A DNA stretch of 63,791 bases, filler included, from Nemertoderma westbladi (GCA_032718475.1; 3 parts of 3 records of this genome joined end to end with filler, not necessarily neighbours in it), one strand, 5' to 3'. Counted from the whole stretch's first letter, positions 23,826-36,202 are shown. Numbers and translations are program-made. The notes: generated by a model not told the origin, from the letters alone.

Positions 23826-25443
23826 ATGATCAGGCAGTCAGGCCTACTGGTTACCGGTCGACCGGTACTTTCGACTTTATTGCTTACTGCAATAAAGAAG
23901 CTATATCCTTTAATGTTCGCGCTTTCAGACCTTTGGCAGTTTAACCCACCAAATTAAGATGTCTTCTAGATATTAAATCGGTTTTTAGTCTATGACAAGT
24001 ATTTGATTCACTACACTAGTCGAAACCAATCTGTGCGCGATCATTCACCCGCTGGATATTCCCGGGAGATTGGGTTCGACGGTTTAATTTTATTGCTATG
24101 TAAGCCTAATGTATTATTCGACTGACAGTACTATATAATCTCTGACAATATTATTCACCTTCGGTAATATTAACAGTTCCTTTAGGACGTGGCGCTTTAT
24201 CTATATAAACAGAGTTATGACTTAAACTACTCACAACGATATGGCTTAATTATAATTCACATATATGGCGCATTCTTTAGGAATTGCTTCTTTAACAGAC
24301 TCACTCATACACAATGCTGCACAATACTGCACACTAATCTGCCAATCTTCACTGATTTTAGTCACATATAAAAGGAACACAGACTGACTCATGTAGGGTC
24401 TATCAAATAACATTAGATTCACTTCAAACCACTTTAACATAAGTCACAATCGTTTATCTGTAACCCTTCTCTCTTACCTTCGGTATATCAAGAATATTGG
24501 GTTTCGGGGTTATTTATCGTTATTCCAAATATAATTATTCATCAACCATATTATGAAGAACTGACGGTAAATAGCAGTATAAAACAACAATGAAAACACT
24601 GATTGTTATGAGTTTGCAATGTTTCAGCAGTCAGCATGTATGATCAGTCAGCAGTGATTCCATGAGTTAAAGGATATATGCCCTTTATAATTAAACCTAC
24701 TAGTGTAAGACTAAAAACAGTAAAGCACAAAATACTTCCAAGCCGTTCTTTCTTTGGCTCAGGACTGAATGTAAACACTGCACATAGGCATTGCGTCATT
24801 TCTCGGAAATTTTCTGTACAAGGAGCCACAAAAACGCTCTAATTGGCTGACTGAACTGAGAGACGCCGTAGAACAAAGGAAATCAACACGTATGAATGTC
24901 AGCTGTTAACCGTAGTCATAGTAACTACTGTTCAAGAGTAGCTATCACCCTTTTGCGTCACGAATTGCCATAGAATCATAAAATATGCCTTTCACAGTAC
25001 ACATACGGAGGAAATAGGTCTTAGATCCTCTAAAAACACCGATACAGCAATAATACGGTCTCTTACACTTATTAAATCAACTACAGAGTATTTTAATGTA
25101 AAAGATAATAAAAATAACGGGGCAATTCAGCAAAGGCTTTTACAGGGGGAGCCAGAATTTTTATTTTTGCTTTCAATCTTTAGCTACAAGCGTTTGAATA
25201 AGGTGTCTCCGGCGATATTGCACCAGTCGTACTGCAGTTATTCTTCAACCTTATAGTAGTTTGTTGGTAACAATAGAAAGCTGGCCGTACAAGGATTCCA
25301 AATATGTAAAAATATTTGAATTTGGTTCGTAAGTAGCTGTTATATTGGATTCGAATGTTGCATGTACAGTAATTACTTCCGCTGCAAGGCGTTTATTTAT
25401 TTAATAAAGACACAATATTCTGGAACATTTTGTTTTCTCATAA

Positions 25444-25492
25444 GTAGCTTGAATGGCGTCCTATACTTAGTATAGAACGCCATGGTAGCTTG
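25444..25492. mobile_element. 33-bp palindrome between 8-bp direct repeats: P-element-type excision footprint
   Basis: GTAGCTTG + AATGGCGTCCTATACT-T-AGTATAGAACGCCATG + GTAGCTTG. Confidence 0.65.
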
Positions 25493-25796
25493 GTAACAAT
25501 GCAATGCCCTTAATAATAATACTAGGAGGGTGTAGTATATGGATATTCATACAAGCAAAATGTTCTAGAACATTGTGTATTTATTAAATAGAATAAATGG
25601 CCTGCCGTGGAAGCAAATACTGTACATACAACATTCGAATGCCCATATCTCAGCTATTTCCCAACCAAATTCAAATATTTTTTACATATTTGGAATCCTT
25701 TCACCACTAGCATTCCACTAGTACTAGTACCAATAAATCTCTATAAGGTTGGAGAATAACTGCAGTTATGGGCAGTTAACTGCAGTTATGGGTCCA

Positions 25797-26500
25797 GGGT
25801 GTGGGAGACAGGGTGAGAAGTACAGGAGGATCTGTGGAGGGTGTGGGAAACAGGGTGAGAAGTACAGGAGGATCTGTGGAGGGTGTGGGAGACAGGGTGA
25901 GAAGTACAGGAGGATCTATGGAGGGTGTGGGAGACAGGGTGAGAAGTACAGGAGGATCTGTGGAGGGTGTGGGAGACAGGGTGAGAAGTACAGGATGATC
26001 TGTGGAGGGTGTGGGAGACAGGGTGAGAAGTACATGAGGATCTGTGGAGGGTGTGGGAGAAAGGGTGAGAAGTACAGGAGGATCTGGGGAGGGTGTGGGA
26101 GACAGGGTGAGAAGTACAGGAGGATCTGTGGAGGGTGTGGGAGACGGAATGGGAAGTACAGGATGATCTGTGGAGGGTATGGGAGACAGGGTGAGAAGTA
26201 CAGGAGGATCTGTGGAGGGTGTGGGAGACAGGGTGAGAAGTACAGGAGGATCTATGGAGGGTGTGGGAGACAGGGTGAGAAGTACAGGAGGATCTGAGGA
26301 GGGTGGGGAAGATGGAGTGGAAGGTACAGGTGGTAATGACCAATTTACAGGTTTTGAAGGAGTGGGGGGTATGGAAAGATCCGTGGCGGCTATACAAGAT
26401 AACGTTTGGAATACAGGAGAATCTATGGAGGGTGTAGAAGATGGAGTGGGGAGTACAGGAGTTTCTGTGGAGGGTGGAGATGAAACTGATGAACAATTTA
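25797..26500. repeat. 42-bp GA-rich minisatellite (~12 clean copies, then degenerate)
   Basis: Unit GGGTGTGGGAGACAGGGTGAGAAGTACAGGAGGATCTGTGGA. Confidence 0.95.
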
Positions 26501-26749
26501 TAGGTTTTGACTAACTGCTCAGCCATAGTGATATACAGTAGTTATAAACTCGGTAATAAACTCGTCATACTTTGAGAATTTTCATATAAATCTTAATCTC
26601 TCTTTTTATTGGATGATAAATGTAGTAGAAAAAAACAAATATTAGGCACGAGACGAGAACACAAAACACGAGTACAAACACAACACAATTAAAAACTATA
26701 CTTTGTTAATCAAGTATTTAGTATTTGATGTATTTAAAATGTTTTATTA

Positions 26750-27150
26750 CGTGAAGGGGCGGTTGCCGGTTGCCTAGTAATAGGCCAATGAGGGCAGCCC
26801 TGCACCGTCCTCCAGGCCCAGTCCGCTGCGCCAATTCACCCGGGATCCACGGAGGCAGTGGGAAGCACCGCGGATCATGGCGAGTTGGACTCGGGTCCGG
26901 ACCCAGCCCATTACCACACTGTAGGGTTTCCCCCACGCCCTATAATGTACTCCTATTATTGTGCAATTTTACTTCTAATTTACAGTTATACATACATGCG
27001 TTTTAATTCAATAGCCCATAAATGAAATGTGCACCTCTTTTTAAACCGTCGGTAAAACCGACTTTTACTAATAAATAATAATAATGGCGAGTTGGACTCG
27101 GGTCCGGACCCAGCCCATTCATTACCACACTGTAGGGTTTCCCCCACGCG
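26750..27150 (-). repeat. GC-rich segment with a ~60-bp local duplication, possibly a LINE 5' UTR
   Basis: ATGGCGAGTTGGACTCGGGTCCGGACCCAGCCCATT...CCCCCACGC occurs at ~26877 and ~27083. The origin is inferred. Confidence 0.4.
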
Positions 27151-27959
27151 CGATGCAGCCTCTCCGCATTTTCATATAAATCGTCACTAAAGTACCTAAA
27201 GTGGTTAAAATGTTTTAATAAACTCTTATTTTTATTTGATAAGATATAATATTTTATAATTTTTCCAGAAATGGGGACCATAAAGATTTATTATGATTGA
27301 TTTTATTTTCAAATAAGCTTTATTGGGAGGTGTTACTGGGATCAGGAATGGCTGCATAGCTCCCACTCAGAGACGAAATTTAGGTTAATTTAACTGATGC
27401 AATATCGACGGAGACACCTTTTTCAAACGCTTGTAGCAAAAGAATGAAAGCGAAAATAAAAAATTCTGGCTCACCCAGCAAGGAGGAGGGAGGTGAAACT
27501 ATCTCTGTTTCAAATTTCATGCTAGTAATATGTATATCAATATGTAATGCTGAACACAGAATACAGGTCGACGCATGTCGATTGTACCCTGGAGAGGTAT
27601 AATTTTGATTGCAACAATAATATTCATCCCCATCTGCTACAATTTGAAGAAGACTATTACATAATAATACCTATAATTAAAACAATTAATTATTATAATT
27701 CTATAGTTAATAAAAACCGTATATCATTCGGGGGATGGAATTTATAGGTCATCTAATTAATTGTTTAAAGATTAGCAAACAATACGATGTAATTGCATTG
27801 ATAAAAGCCATAAATAAAACTTGGATATAAAATGTAAAATCGGGATGCAAAAGATCACTTTCTGAGCTACGAAAGGAAAATTGGATACAATTTATCTGGA
27901 TACAAGCGGTCCGTTTACCTTACAAAATGAAAAATACGAATGTGCGAAGTTAAGAACAG

Positions 27960-28183
27960 TCGGGGGGGAAGTGTCTGGGGGGGGGGTGTCAGTGGGGGAA
28001 GTGTCCGGGGGGAAGTGTCTGGGGGGGGAGTGTCCGGGGGGGGGTGGAGTGTCCGGGGGGGGGGGAGTGTCCGGGGGGGGGGAAGTTTCTGGGGGGGAAG
28101 TGTCCGGGGGGGAAGTGTCCTACTTGAGCGGGGGGGGGGGGATTGTCCGGGGGGAAGTGTCCGGGGGGGAAGTGTCCGAACAC
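27960..28183. repeat. G-rich ~16-bp tandem repeat (G-quadruplex-prone)
   Basis: (AAGTGTCCGGGGGGG)n with variable G-runs. Confidence 0.9.
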
Positions 28184-28585
28184 CCATATTACGGGTCATG
28201 GTGTAGAACAGTTGCGGATAGGGGGATCCATCTCCACTGGAAAATCGACGCAAATAACAGCTGAATACTCCCAATAATATAACTGTAACAGTTTTCTATT
28301 TACTTTCGTTTATTGTTTTTGGATAGAATAACGGGCCAATGCAAACTGCTCCTCTCCATAAAGGAGCAGCTTGGTTTGAGTCCACCCCCTGTCTCGTGGT
28401 GAAGGCAGGCCTGGTCTATGGTCAATACCGCATTAATTAATTGTATTTTATATAAAATAATAGGTAGTTTGTACTAAATAATTGAACGAATTAATGCAAT
28501 CCTATTAGCAGTGTGCCTATCAAATAATAGTCATTATTATGGAGAATGAGAGAATGAGTGTTTAGGCAAATAAACAACATTCAAA

Positions 28586-30240
28586 GTCCAACCATATTAT
28601 TGGTAAGCCTTTATTCGGTAGAAAGAGATAAGGTTACCTACCTCCCAGACCATATTATTGGTAAGCCTTTATTCGGTAGAGAGAGGTCCAACCATATTAT
28701 TGGTAAGCCTTTATTCGGTAGAGAGAGGTCCAACCATATTATTGGTAAGCCTTTATTCGGTAGAGAGAGGTCCAACCATATTATTGGTAAGCCTTTATTC
28801 GGTAGAGAGAGGTCCAACCATATTATTGGTAAGCCTTTATTCGGTAGAGAGAGGTCCAACCATATTATTGGTAAGCCTTTATTCGGTAGAGAGAGGTCCA
28901 ACCATATTATTGGTAAGCCTTTATTCGGTAGAGAGAGGTCCAACCATATTATTGGTAAGCCTTTATTCGGTAGAGAGAGGTCCAACCATATTATTGGTAA
29001 GCCTTTATTCGGTAGAGAGAGGTCCAACCATATTATTGGTAAGCCTTTATTCGGTAGAGAGAGGTCCAACCATATTATTGGTAAGCCTTTATTCGGTAGA
29101 GAGAGGTCCAACCATATTATTGGTAAGCCTTTATTCGGTAGAGAGAGGTCCAACCATATTATTGGTAAGCCTTTATTCGGTAGAAAGAGATAAGGTTACC
29201 TACCTCCCAGACCATATTATTGGTAAGCCTTTATTCGGTAGAGAGAGATAAGGTTACCTACCTCCCAGACCATATTATTGGTAAGCCTTTATTCGGTAGA
29301 GAGAGATAAGGTTACCTACCTCCCAGACCATATTATTGGTAAGCCTTTATTCGGTATAGAGAGATAAGGTTACCTACCTCCCAGACCATATTATTGGTAA
29401 GCCTTTATTCGGTAGAGAGAGGTCCAACCATATTATTGGTAAGCCTTTATTCGGTATAGAGAGGTCCAACCATATTATTGGTAAGCCTTTATTCGGTAGA
29501 GAGAGGTCCAACCATATTATTGGTAAGCCTTTATTCGGTAGAGAGAGGTCCAACCATATTATTGGTAAGCCTTTATTCGGTAGAGAGAGGTCCAACCATA
29601 TTATTGGTAAGCCTTTATTCGGTAGAAAGAGATAAGGTTACCTACCTCCCAGACCATATTATTGGTAAGCCTTTATTCGGTAGAGAGAGATAAGGTTACC
29701 TACCTCCCAGACCATATTATTGGTAAGCCTTTATTCGGTAGAGAGAGATAAGGTTACCTACCTCCCAGACCATATTATTGGTAAGCCTTTATTCGGTAGA
29801 GAGAGATAAGGTTACCTACCTCCCAGACCATATTATTGGTAAGCCTTTATTCGGTAGAAAGAGATAAGGTTACCTACCTCCCAGACCATATTATTGGTAA
29901 GCCTTTATTCGGTATAGAGAGATAAGGTTACCTACCTCCCAGACCATATTATTGGTAAGCCTTTATTCGGTAGAGAGAGATAAGGTTACCTACCTCCCAG
30001 ACCATATTATTGGTAAGCCTTTATTCGGTAGAAAGAGATAAGGTTACCTACCTCCCAGACCATATTATTGGTAAGCCTTTATTCGGTAGAAAGAGATAAG
30101 GTTACCTACCTCCCAGACCATATTATTGGTAAGCCTTTATTCGTTAGAAAGAGATAAGGTTACCTACCCCCCAGACCATATTATTGGTAAGCCTTTATTC
30201 GGTAGAAAGAGATAAGGTTACCTACCTCCCAGACCATATT
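28586..30240. repeat. Dimorphic satellite: alternating blocks of 42-bp and 58-bp monomers sharing a core
   Basis: Core ACCATATTATTGGTAAGCCTTTATTCGGTAGAGAGAG followed by either GTCCA (42 bp) or ATAAGGTTACCTACCTCCCAG (58 bp). Confidence 0.96.
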
Positions 30241-30675
30241 GGTCTAGCGTCCACCCCAATGTTTCTACAAATCGAATGAAATTTGAAACATTGACGATTG
30301 GTCCACGCAACTCCTCCTGGGTGGGTGAGTCAGAATTTTTATTCTTGCTCTCATTTTTTAGCTACAAACGTTTAAAAAAGTGTCTCCGTCGATATTGCAC
30401 AAGTTACACTGCAGGTATTCTTATTGCAGGAATACAAATGTGTAACAATCTAAATTTCGCCGTAAAATAGCTGAGATATGAGCTTTTAAAACTTGCTTGG
30501 TATTGCATCTGCACGAGGCTATTTTATTCCTTTAAATAAATACAACATATTCTGCAATTTGTTCTTGAACTTTTTTTATATTCGTAACATTCATTACAAA
30601 CAAATCTTAAAAAATATCTTAGTAACTACAATAAGTGTAGCTAATATTTCTTTGGTGTGTTTTTGTGTTGTGTAA

Positions 30676-30859
30676 GGCCGCGTTCACACTACCGAGTCAA
30701 AGTCAAAATAAAATAAATATAGCTAGCTAGCAATAATAAATAATAATACATTATATAGGCCTAATATAATACATAAGGGGATTCTAGAAAAAATTATATT
30801 TCATGTTTTGTGATTTACATTTTGTCTTTTGACTTTGACTCGGTAGTGTGAACGCGGCC
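30676..30859. mobile_element. Tourist/Harbinger-like MITE, copy 2
   Basis: TIR GGCCGCGTTCACACTACCGAGTCAAAGTCAAA; TAA/TTA flanks; interior inverted relative to the 20372 copy. Confidence 0.88.
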
Positions 30860-31332
30860 TTAAGAATACATTATTTGATATTTTTATGGCGGAAATTGAT
30901 TCATAACAAGTTAATTATTCCAGAATAATATTTATTTATCCCAAACTATACAGTTGTTAGCTAGTAAAATAAGACATATTTTGTAGCTAAAACTGCCAGG
31001 GTGGTAGAAATCCAGTAGCTTATTGATGTTTTCATTAAGCTTCAAAACTTAGATTACTTTGGATTAGATTGTGGATTCGCACTTTTTCGATTGCAATTAT
31101 TTTTATACAAGTTAAATTATTGAATTCCAAATAGCATTGATAGTTAGTCCATGTGGAAAGGTTAATAAGACGTATACGGGAATACAAGATGTTGGAACCC
31201 CATTCAGTGATTCCTTTCAAGATAATCCCTGCTAATTGATGACGTAGTAAAAATATCTTCAGCTGCCATCTCAATACAATCAGCATTAATCAGAATTTAG
31301 TTGAACTATAAACTATAATTTACATTTTTTAA

Positions 31333-31642
31333 TTATCTATTTTTCACAATTTTGGGAAATATATATTCCTTCCAGAAGCTACGACTACTTTTCAGTAAAC
31401 TTTGCATGTATATGGAATCATATGATACTTCAACTATTTCCACTTCGCCGTTTATTTCAAAAGATGGATCTGCGACGCTAAACAAGGCCCATTGTTTATT
31501 AGCAAAGATGCATTTGAAGTTGGATTTGTGCCATGAATTTAGCGCTTACGATATTCGATTGTGAAAGATAAGATTTTTGAATGGCATGTTTTGATGTTGG
31601 ACATTTTACTTCTACCACATGCGTTGGTGTAATGGCATCTGA
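31333..31642 (-). pseudogene. YqaJ/lambda-exonuclease-like nuclease C-terminal fragment (transposon-associated)
   Basis: Manual translation SDAITPTHVVEVKCPTS...KFMAQIQLQMHL, then (+1 shift) ANKQWALFSVADPSFE...SFWKEYIFPK*. Carries the D..EVK and QxQxQM motifs. Not in the ORF track. Confidence 0.7.
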
Positions 31643-31860
31643 AATGGCATCAAAAAAATAAGATTTTGTGGTATTTTATAAAAACACTAGCTACAATATT
31701 AAAACAGTACATACCATTGAAAACACTAGCTACCACAAACATTTGTTTTCATTTTCTTTAGCCAAAAACAGCTATTATGAAATACAGGAAGAATAATGTT
31801 GACACGGGCAACACTAGTACCAGTAACACTTTACAGTGAACTGACAAAAAAACGGTAACA

Positions 31861-33110
31861 GTTCCGTATAGAACTGCATTTTTATAACATGAATCATTGT
31901 TACCATGGAAACAGTGAAGAGTTCTAGAACAAAAAATATATATTATACACTATTCTAGAACAAAAATAAAATAAAAAAATTATTGTTCTAGAACATATAG
32001 CTAGTAATTTTTTTAAATTTAAAATAGCTAGTAATAATAAAAAAATTATTTATTTATATTATTATTAAAAAATTTATCTGCCGGTACCAAATTGTATTAT
32101 TTGTTAAATTTACTAGCTATTTTAAAATTAAAGAAAAAACTAGCTATATATATGTTTTAGAACATCGTGACCTAAGAGCCAGAACAACACTCACCAAAAA
32201 ATGTGGTTTCGAGGAAAATGCAAAAAACCTTCTCATTTCCCTCTATATGGATCCCGTCTCCTGATTTTTTCGAGAGAGGTCTGGGAAGATACAATGATAC
32301 ATTTTATAATAGTGGCTAGATTCAGAATAAATTTTGTTAATGAAAAAAACTGTTTTTTCGTTATTTTCCAAAGAGTCAAAACAACACATACTGAAATTTA
32401 ACATTAACTTTAGTCTGTGTGAGTTGTTTTACCTCTAGGATTTTATCACAGAAACATAATAACTCACGTCATTCCTCGACTATTGAATGGTGTTGTTTTT
32501 CCTGGCAAAGTATGATAGAGAAAAGTGTGGTATGTGTTGTTTTACCTCTCACAGTTTTCAACTTTTATGCTGTGGGGTTGTTCTGGTTTTCCATATCTCC
32601 TAAACGGACTGACATACAAGTCTAGGATTTTAACATAAGATATAGAACGCCATCTTGAGTAATTTTGGTGAAAATTTTTTTTTTTGACAAATTGTGGTAT
32701 GTGTTGTTCTGGCTCTATGGTCACGACATTATTATTTTTTATTTTATTTATGTAATATTATATGTATTAAACATATACACTATTCTAGAGCATAAATAAT
32801 ACAAATAATATAATGTTCTAGAACATATAGCTAGTTATTCTTCAGATTTAAAATAGCTAGTAATACAAAAAAAATTATTTATTTATATTATTTATTTATT
32901 AGAAAATTTATCTACCAAATTGGATATTTTTTTTAATTTACTAGCTATTTTAAAATAAAAAAGAAACTAGCTATGTGTTCTAGAACATTATATTTTTTAT
33001 TTTATTTATGTTCTAGAATAGTATATAATACTTTTCTATTGTTCTAGAACTCTTCAATGTTACCATAGTAACAATGACATATGTTTTATAAATGCAGTTC
33101 TATACGGAAC
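31861..33110. mobile_element. AT-rich foldback element (outer inverted similarity extends to ~30640 and ~33370)
   Basis: GTTCCGTATAGAACTGCATTT (31861) vs AAATGCAGTTCTATACGGAAC (to 33110); repeated GTTCTAGAAC palindromes. Confidence 0.75.
32166..32725. mobile_element. MITE with 4-bp TSD nested in the foldback
   Basis: TIR CGTGACC(TA/AT)AGAGCCAGAACAACA; ACAT duplicated at 32162-32165 and 32726-32729. A related end lies at ~54627. Confidence 0.8.
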
Positions 33111-34656
33111 TCTAGCCAAAAAATCTAAATAATTTCCATCTAGTGCTAATCTACCCATCCCGCATTGTTCGCTGTAAAAACAATTAAAAAATAGATTAAT
33201 GAAACGCCTGGCAGTATTTAGCTAGCTATATTTGTTTTCAGCCACAGCTAGCCTATATGGTACAGGTATGGGCGAAATAAATATTATTCTAGAATAATTA
33301 ACTTGATATTAATAATATGCCTCCATACCGCTACCCTAGAATCGATTCTTAACACAACATAAATACACATACAAATAAATACTCTATATTATTTCTAATA
33401 CTCTTTATTATTTGTTTTATTTTAGATACTGCAATATTATACTTTATATTAGCCAATCAACTGCGCTTGACAACTGTTGCTGTGTTATGGCTGACGTCAC
33501 TCGTGCAGTTTTCTGAAACGGCCTGATTTTTCGATGTTGCTAATTTTGCGTTTTAAAATTGCTATAACTCGGCCAATATTAATTTTTTTAAGTAAAATTG
33601 CTCTCTGGGTTTTTTTCACATGCTCTTTCACATGAAACCAACGAACACTCGAAAAAAAATTTCCGAGTCGTCTACCCCATTACGTATTGCATGATAAATA
33701 ACGTAGTTTATTTTCACTAAAACTGCTTCGAATCAAATTGGACAAAAGTCCGATGTATCTACTTCAACCACTTCCAGGTCTCCCCTCCTCCCATTTATCA
33801 ATTATTATCTATATTCCCACGACTGAACCTATATAAACATAAAGTAGAATCCCTTTATGTACGATGTAAACTCAACTTATAATCACTTACCTATACCGCT
33901 ACACTTATGTTGCATATCCTTATCACTAACATAACAGTGGACCTACCTCAAGTATGTTCGAGTCACTCCAATTTATTTTTATTTACCTTACAAGTACCCC
34001 CCCCCCCCCCCCCCCCCCAGCTGCTGCATTCGGGCTGTACAAGTGTACAAGACCAGGCATTAGCCGGCTACGGCAGCACTAACAACATGTAATCATGTAA
34101 TATCATGTAAATGTAAATATCATGTAATTTAATGAAAGTTATGGATAAATTAAAAAAAAATGTTACAAAAAAATGCGTTTAGTATCAACAAGCTGATAGA
34201 AGAAATTATTTATAATTTAATCTAAAAAGCTGGCAAGCCTGGAGGGTTCACGATCCTACTGTACTTATAAATAATAGTACAGTATTGCCAGACTGTACCG
34301 TTAAGCCGTTACTGTTATATTACTGTATTATTGCCATCTGGAGTCTAATGTCTACCTCGGCGGAATACTTCTCATTATACCGGCGTAATAAATACTCTGA
34401 TGAGGGAGATGACTAATGCTATAATTAATTTATTGCTAACACTGAACAATGACAACAGGAAATCTACCGGTATATTACAAACAAAAGTTAAATATAATAA
34501 TAATAATAATAAATGCGCATTTGTATCGCGCTTATACATGGCGCTCTAAGCGCACAAAATTTAAATGAAAAAATGATGATGAGAGAGGCTGATTACTGAG
34601 GCTAAAGATCTCGTGTATAAACTGACCAGAATTGGACAGAGAATCGAACCCTGTGG

Positions 34657-36202
34657 CGCAGGGTTTCTTTTTTGAAATTTGTTTATGGCGCTGTCGGCGC
34701 CATCGATCAAACTTTCTATGGCGCCAGGCGCCATAGACAATACTACCACTACCGCCGTACTACTACTTCACCACCTACTGGTTAACCAGTAGTATCAGTA
34801 GGCTTACTACGTAGTTTATGTGCGCAGCAAAAATAAATCAAAATTAAAAAAAAACTAGCATTCATATAAATTTATATTGGGGCGTTCATAAAGTATGCCA
34901 CGCAAATTTTCCCGATTTTGACTTTTACCTCCCCTCACACGGAGTTTCAGCAACTAGTTGTTGGCCCCCCTCACACACAGAAACAAGTTTCGGAAACAAG
35001 TTGCAGCAACTTGTTGCTGGCGCTCCTCACACACAGAAACAGTTTCGGAAACAAGTTGCAGCAACTTGTTGCTGGGCTCCTCACACACAGAAACAAGTTT
35101 CGGAAACAAGTTGCAGCAACTTGTTGCTGGGCTCCTCACACACAGAAACAAGTTGCAGCAACTTGTTGCTGGGCTCCTCACACACAGAAACAAGTTGCAG
35201 CAACTTGTTGCTGCCCCCCGGCCTCCCTCACACACAGAAACAAGTCCTGCAGCAACTTGTTGCTGGGCTCCTCACACACAGAAACAAGTTGCAGCAACTT
35301 GTTGCTGGCCGCTCCTCACACACAGAAACAAGTTGCAGCAACTTGTTGCTGGCCGCTCCTCACACACAGAAACAGTTTCGGAAACAAGTTGCAGCAACTT
35401 GTTGCTGGGCTCCCTCACACACAGAAACAAGTTGCAGCAACTTGTTGCTGGGCTCCTCACACACAGAAACAAGTTGCAGCAACTTGTTGCTGGCCTCCCC
35501 TCACACACAGAAACAAGTTTCGGAAACAAGTTGCAGCAACTTGTTGCTGGCCCCCCTCACACACAGAAACAAGTTGCAGCAACTTGTTGCTGGCCCCCCC
35601 TCACACACAGAAACAAGTTGCAGCAACTTGTTTCTGGCCCCCCTCACACACAGAAACAAGTTTCGGAAATAAGTTGCAGCAACTTGTTGCTGGCCCCCCT
35701 CACACACAGAAACAAGTTTCGGAAACAAGTTGCAGCAACAAGTTTCTGTGTGTGAGGTGTTCCAGCAACAAGTTTCAGAAACAAGTTGCTCCGTGTGAGG
35801 GGGGCCTAACGTTTCAAATTCAATTCTTGTAATTTTAATTAAAATAAACGTATATAAACTATTTGAAAAGTAAACTATTCTTTTGTAACTAACTAAATTC
35901 GCAGTGACAAGATAATAAAACCACTATAATTAACTAAATAACATAACATGACAACTTAACAAATTGAAATTTCAAATTATGTGCCCACCCCACCACCACA
36001 AACAATATGAGTCTGTGTGGGAATCTATTTTAATTTTAATATTTTTAATTTAATACCGATATTGTACCGTTGTCATAGAATATGCAATAATGGGGCGAAT
36101 CTTTGAGAAATCTCGATGGCGCTGCTGGCGCCATCGAGCTTCCTGCCAATCACGGCCATGTGCTATGGTGCTGGCGCCACATTTAGCGCCAAAAAACCTG
36201 CA
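34657..36202. mobile_element. TIR element with apparent 5-bp TSD inserted in the LINE
   Basis: Ends CGCAGGGTTT / AAACCTGCA; TGTGG on both sides; GGCGCC-rich subterminal repeats. It splits the LINE VPQG motif. Confidence 0.6.
34925..35808. mobile_element. MITE filled with ~40-53-bp palindromic tandem repeats
   Basis: Ends CCCCTCACACGGAG / CTCCGTGTGAGGGG. Units contain CCTCACACACAGA plus the hairpin AACAAGTTGC-A-GCAACTTGTT. Confidence 0.85.

Larger units (their letters stand above)
25140..27520. mobile_element. Palindromic (foldback) element whose right arm is interrupted by later insertions
   Basis: 25232-25440 is inverted against 25555-25767, and 25145-25222 against 27397-27475. A related arm lies at 30276-30400. 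Confidence 0.7.

Noticed and set aside
27881-29693. Repetitive ORFs (GGEVS, NHIIGKPLFGRERS); likewise those at 18996-19627, 34918-35832 and 56856-57503
   Set aside because: By-products of tandem repeats, open in several frames and strands, with no domain signal.
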